Below are positions 63,901 to 64,000 of a stretch of 64,000 bases of DNA, one piece after another; positions within the stretch are counted from its first letter, which is position 1; each line of letters opens with the position of its first letter. A model generated the notes under the pieces. That model was given only the letters and a program-made list of their open reading frames with translations. It made no database searches and had not been told where the DNA came from. A program made the translations under genes and the position numbers. Where the stretch lies: contig CM068755.1 of NCBI GenBank assembly GCA_035084275.1, positions 6,262,001 to 6,326,000 of the forward strand. Reading direction: 5' to 3'. This DNA comes from Hydrolagus colliei. Lineage: Eukaryota.

Positions 63901-64000
63901 AGTATCTCAAATGGTGACATTGTCTCGGCAGAAGACGCTGCCGAAACGCTCTTCCGCTTCACTCAGGAAGATATGGAGAAGAAGCGTGTGCTGTTCGAAC
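60952..64000 (+). CDS. CSPG4: CSPG4-like giant exon 3 (LamG1, LamG2 and CSPG/cadherin-like repeats), partial; runs off the window end
   Basis: ttgtttttcAG acceptor; frame stays open for more than 1000 codons: GLYVGG, PFRGCI, ISFLGPNSY, SDGKWH, FVGCIQD, NFTRLLSLRPLLVKEGG, YRHDGSE, PVNDPP, YKHDDSE, FHDADSDF, RFTQEDM. Confidence 0.95.
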   Translation, partial: MKLKLGSEEAVIHSQSGLKLNNLLWHDVLLVHDNGILTLTVDELFTTSMKVPGHLNELNVDHGLYVGGPGKWRNPDLIGTSPPFRGCISKAVFNDNDILRPLISQPQYKTLHEVEHGCSLVLTAGNDDPISFLGPNSYVSFPRWNAKEEGIVQCSLKTAVLEAPLLYHLGQGNDFIALEITQGHLRVMLNKGSGIYVLKNARFISDGKWHTVTLSVHMNQVELIIDGERAQEIFQSEDEDNYLDLEGHLFVGGIDKKVLAEIRKRDLFAVLGEQTVSGSFVGCIQDLKVNSVKKSLPDAILTKGINTECEDEESMANGQSKDPVTPSARRVRVPTASPTFAPCLLSKNMPEAFNNFTRLLSLRPLLVKEGGLVVLKLDHVRPTLDLSSIGVRPSQVLFKVTEDGIHGQLEVNIPGAKSRKAFTLLDLINHHITYRHDGSEGPLDWLTFDVSVYSKKEIPDCLKHGQRYIFTINIIPVNDPPELIFPNGNLMMILENTWKALGPDVVQAIDVDTNCAELRIMVVRGSGLGYVHSVKNPEQMIGEFSCQDLEAGDIRYVHKGNEDSQLTMQVSDGDRVSAASLLRITVVEPELQVGNNTGLILSQGGTSYITISNLSVETNVVEQRVDIWYNITDALYYGEVQKQDTDGEWKPVNFFQQQDLELGHLRYFSTDPESRKIDMTEQLHFAARVGQKLLENNIFLIKIKPAKITLVTMAPNELMNIRRGTITQNALEAAVEGETVHADQLRYVILKSPVNGKLLVANEKLKVGSTFTQEDLKQIGLAYIATIRNAEETEDSFQFQVFFESQHSPVYTYPILIAIDPELPVLVINDLVVMEGGTQSITKNELFVKSESSIAFVYNLTHGPEHGKLITQSNNEGPITTFNNEDILQERLWYKHDDSESVEDEFGFVVLKPFEGEADFETNLVHGIMRISIQPQNDQPPVRVVDKIFNIAINGQRLLTTGQLRFHDADSDFDDSQLIYTKWSISNGDIVSAEDAAETLFRFTQEDMEKKRVLFE

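Noticed and set aside
1-64000. CRISPR arrays, rRNA, operons or other prokaryotic systems
   Set aside because: The sequence is intron-exon structured vertebrate DNA; no repeat-spacer array or rRNA motifs were seen.

Overview
This is vertebrate genomic DNA, most likely a cartilaginous fish; that call is inferred from its Deu-type tRNA-SINE, L2, CR1 and Penelope repeat complement. Two spliced genes lie head-to-head, about 6.8 kb ATG to ATG. (1) An ARIH1/Ariadne-1-like RBR E3 ligase on the minus strand has coding exons 1-8 from 30636 down to 4502, all GT-AG, phase-consistent and with mammalian-like internal exon sizes; exons 9 onward are not in the window. (2) A CSPG4/NG2-like gene on the plus strand has a signal-peptide exon (37460-37523), a 22.9 kb intron, a 164-bp exon 2 and a giant exon 3 that stays open from 60952 past the window end; the ORF track misses it because it has no stop. 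Bases 1-3736 are a ~99.9% identical copy of 20597-24332 (including ARIH1 exon 2) that ends at a 200-N gap, most likely a haplotype overlap left by the assembly. Much of the rest is repeat-derived. The most notable items are: the CSPG4-like protein lacks the Ser-Gly glycosaminoglycan site; a young hAT element carries a G/C minisatellite and promoter motifs; there is a Penelope-type minimal hammerhead relic; twin hairpins sit in ARIH1 intron 1; a CTCF-like site lies between the two promoters; and there is one unidentified decayed coding-like segment. I see no convincing novel multi-gene system, and most short ORFs in the track are spurious.
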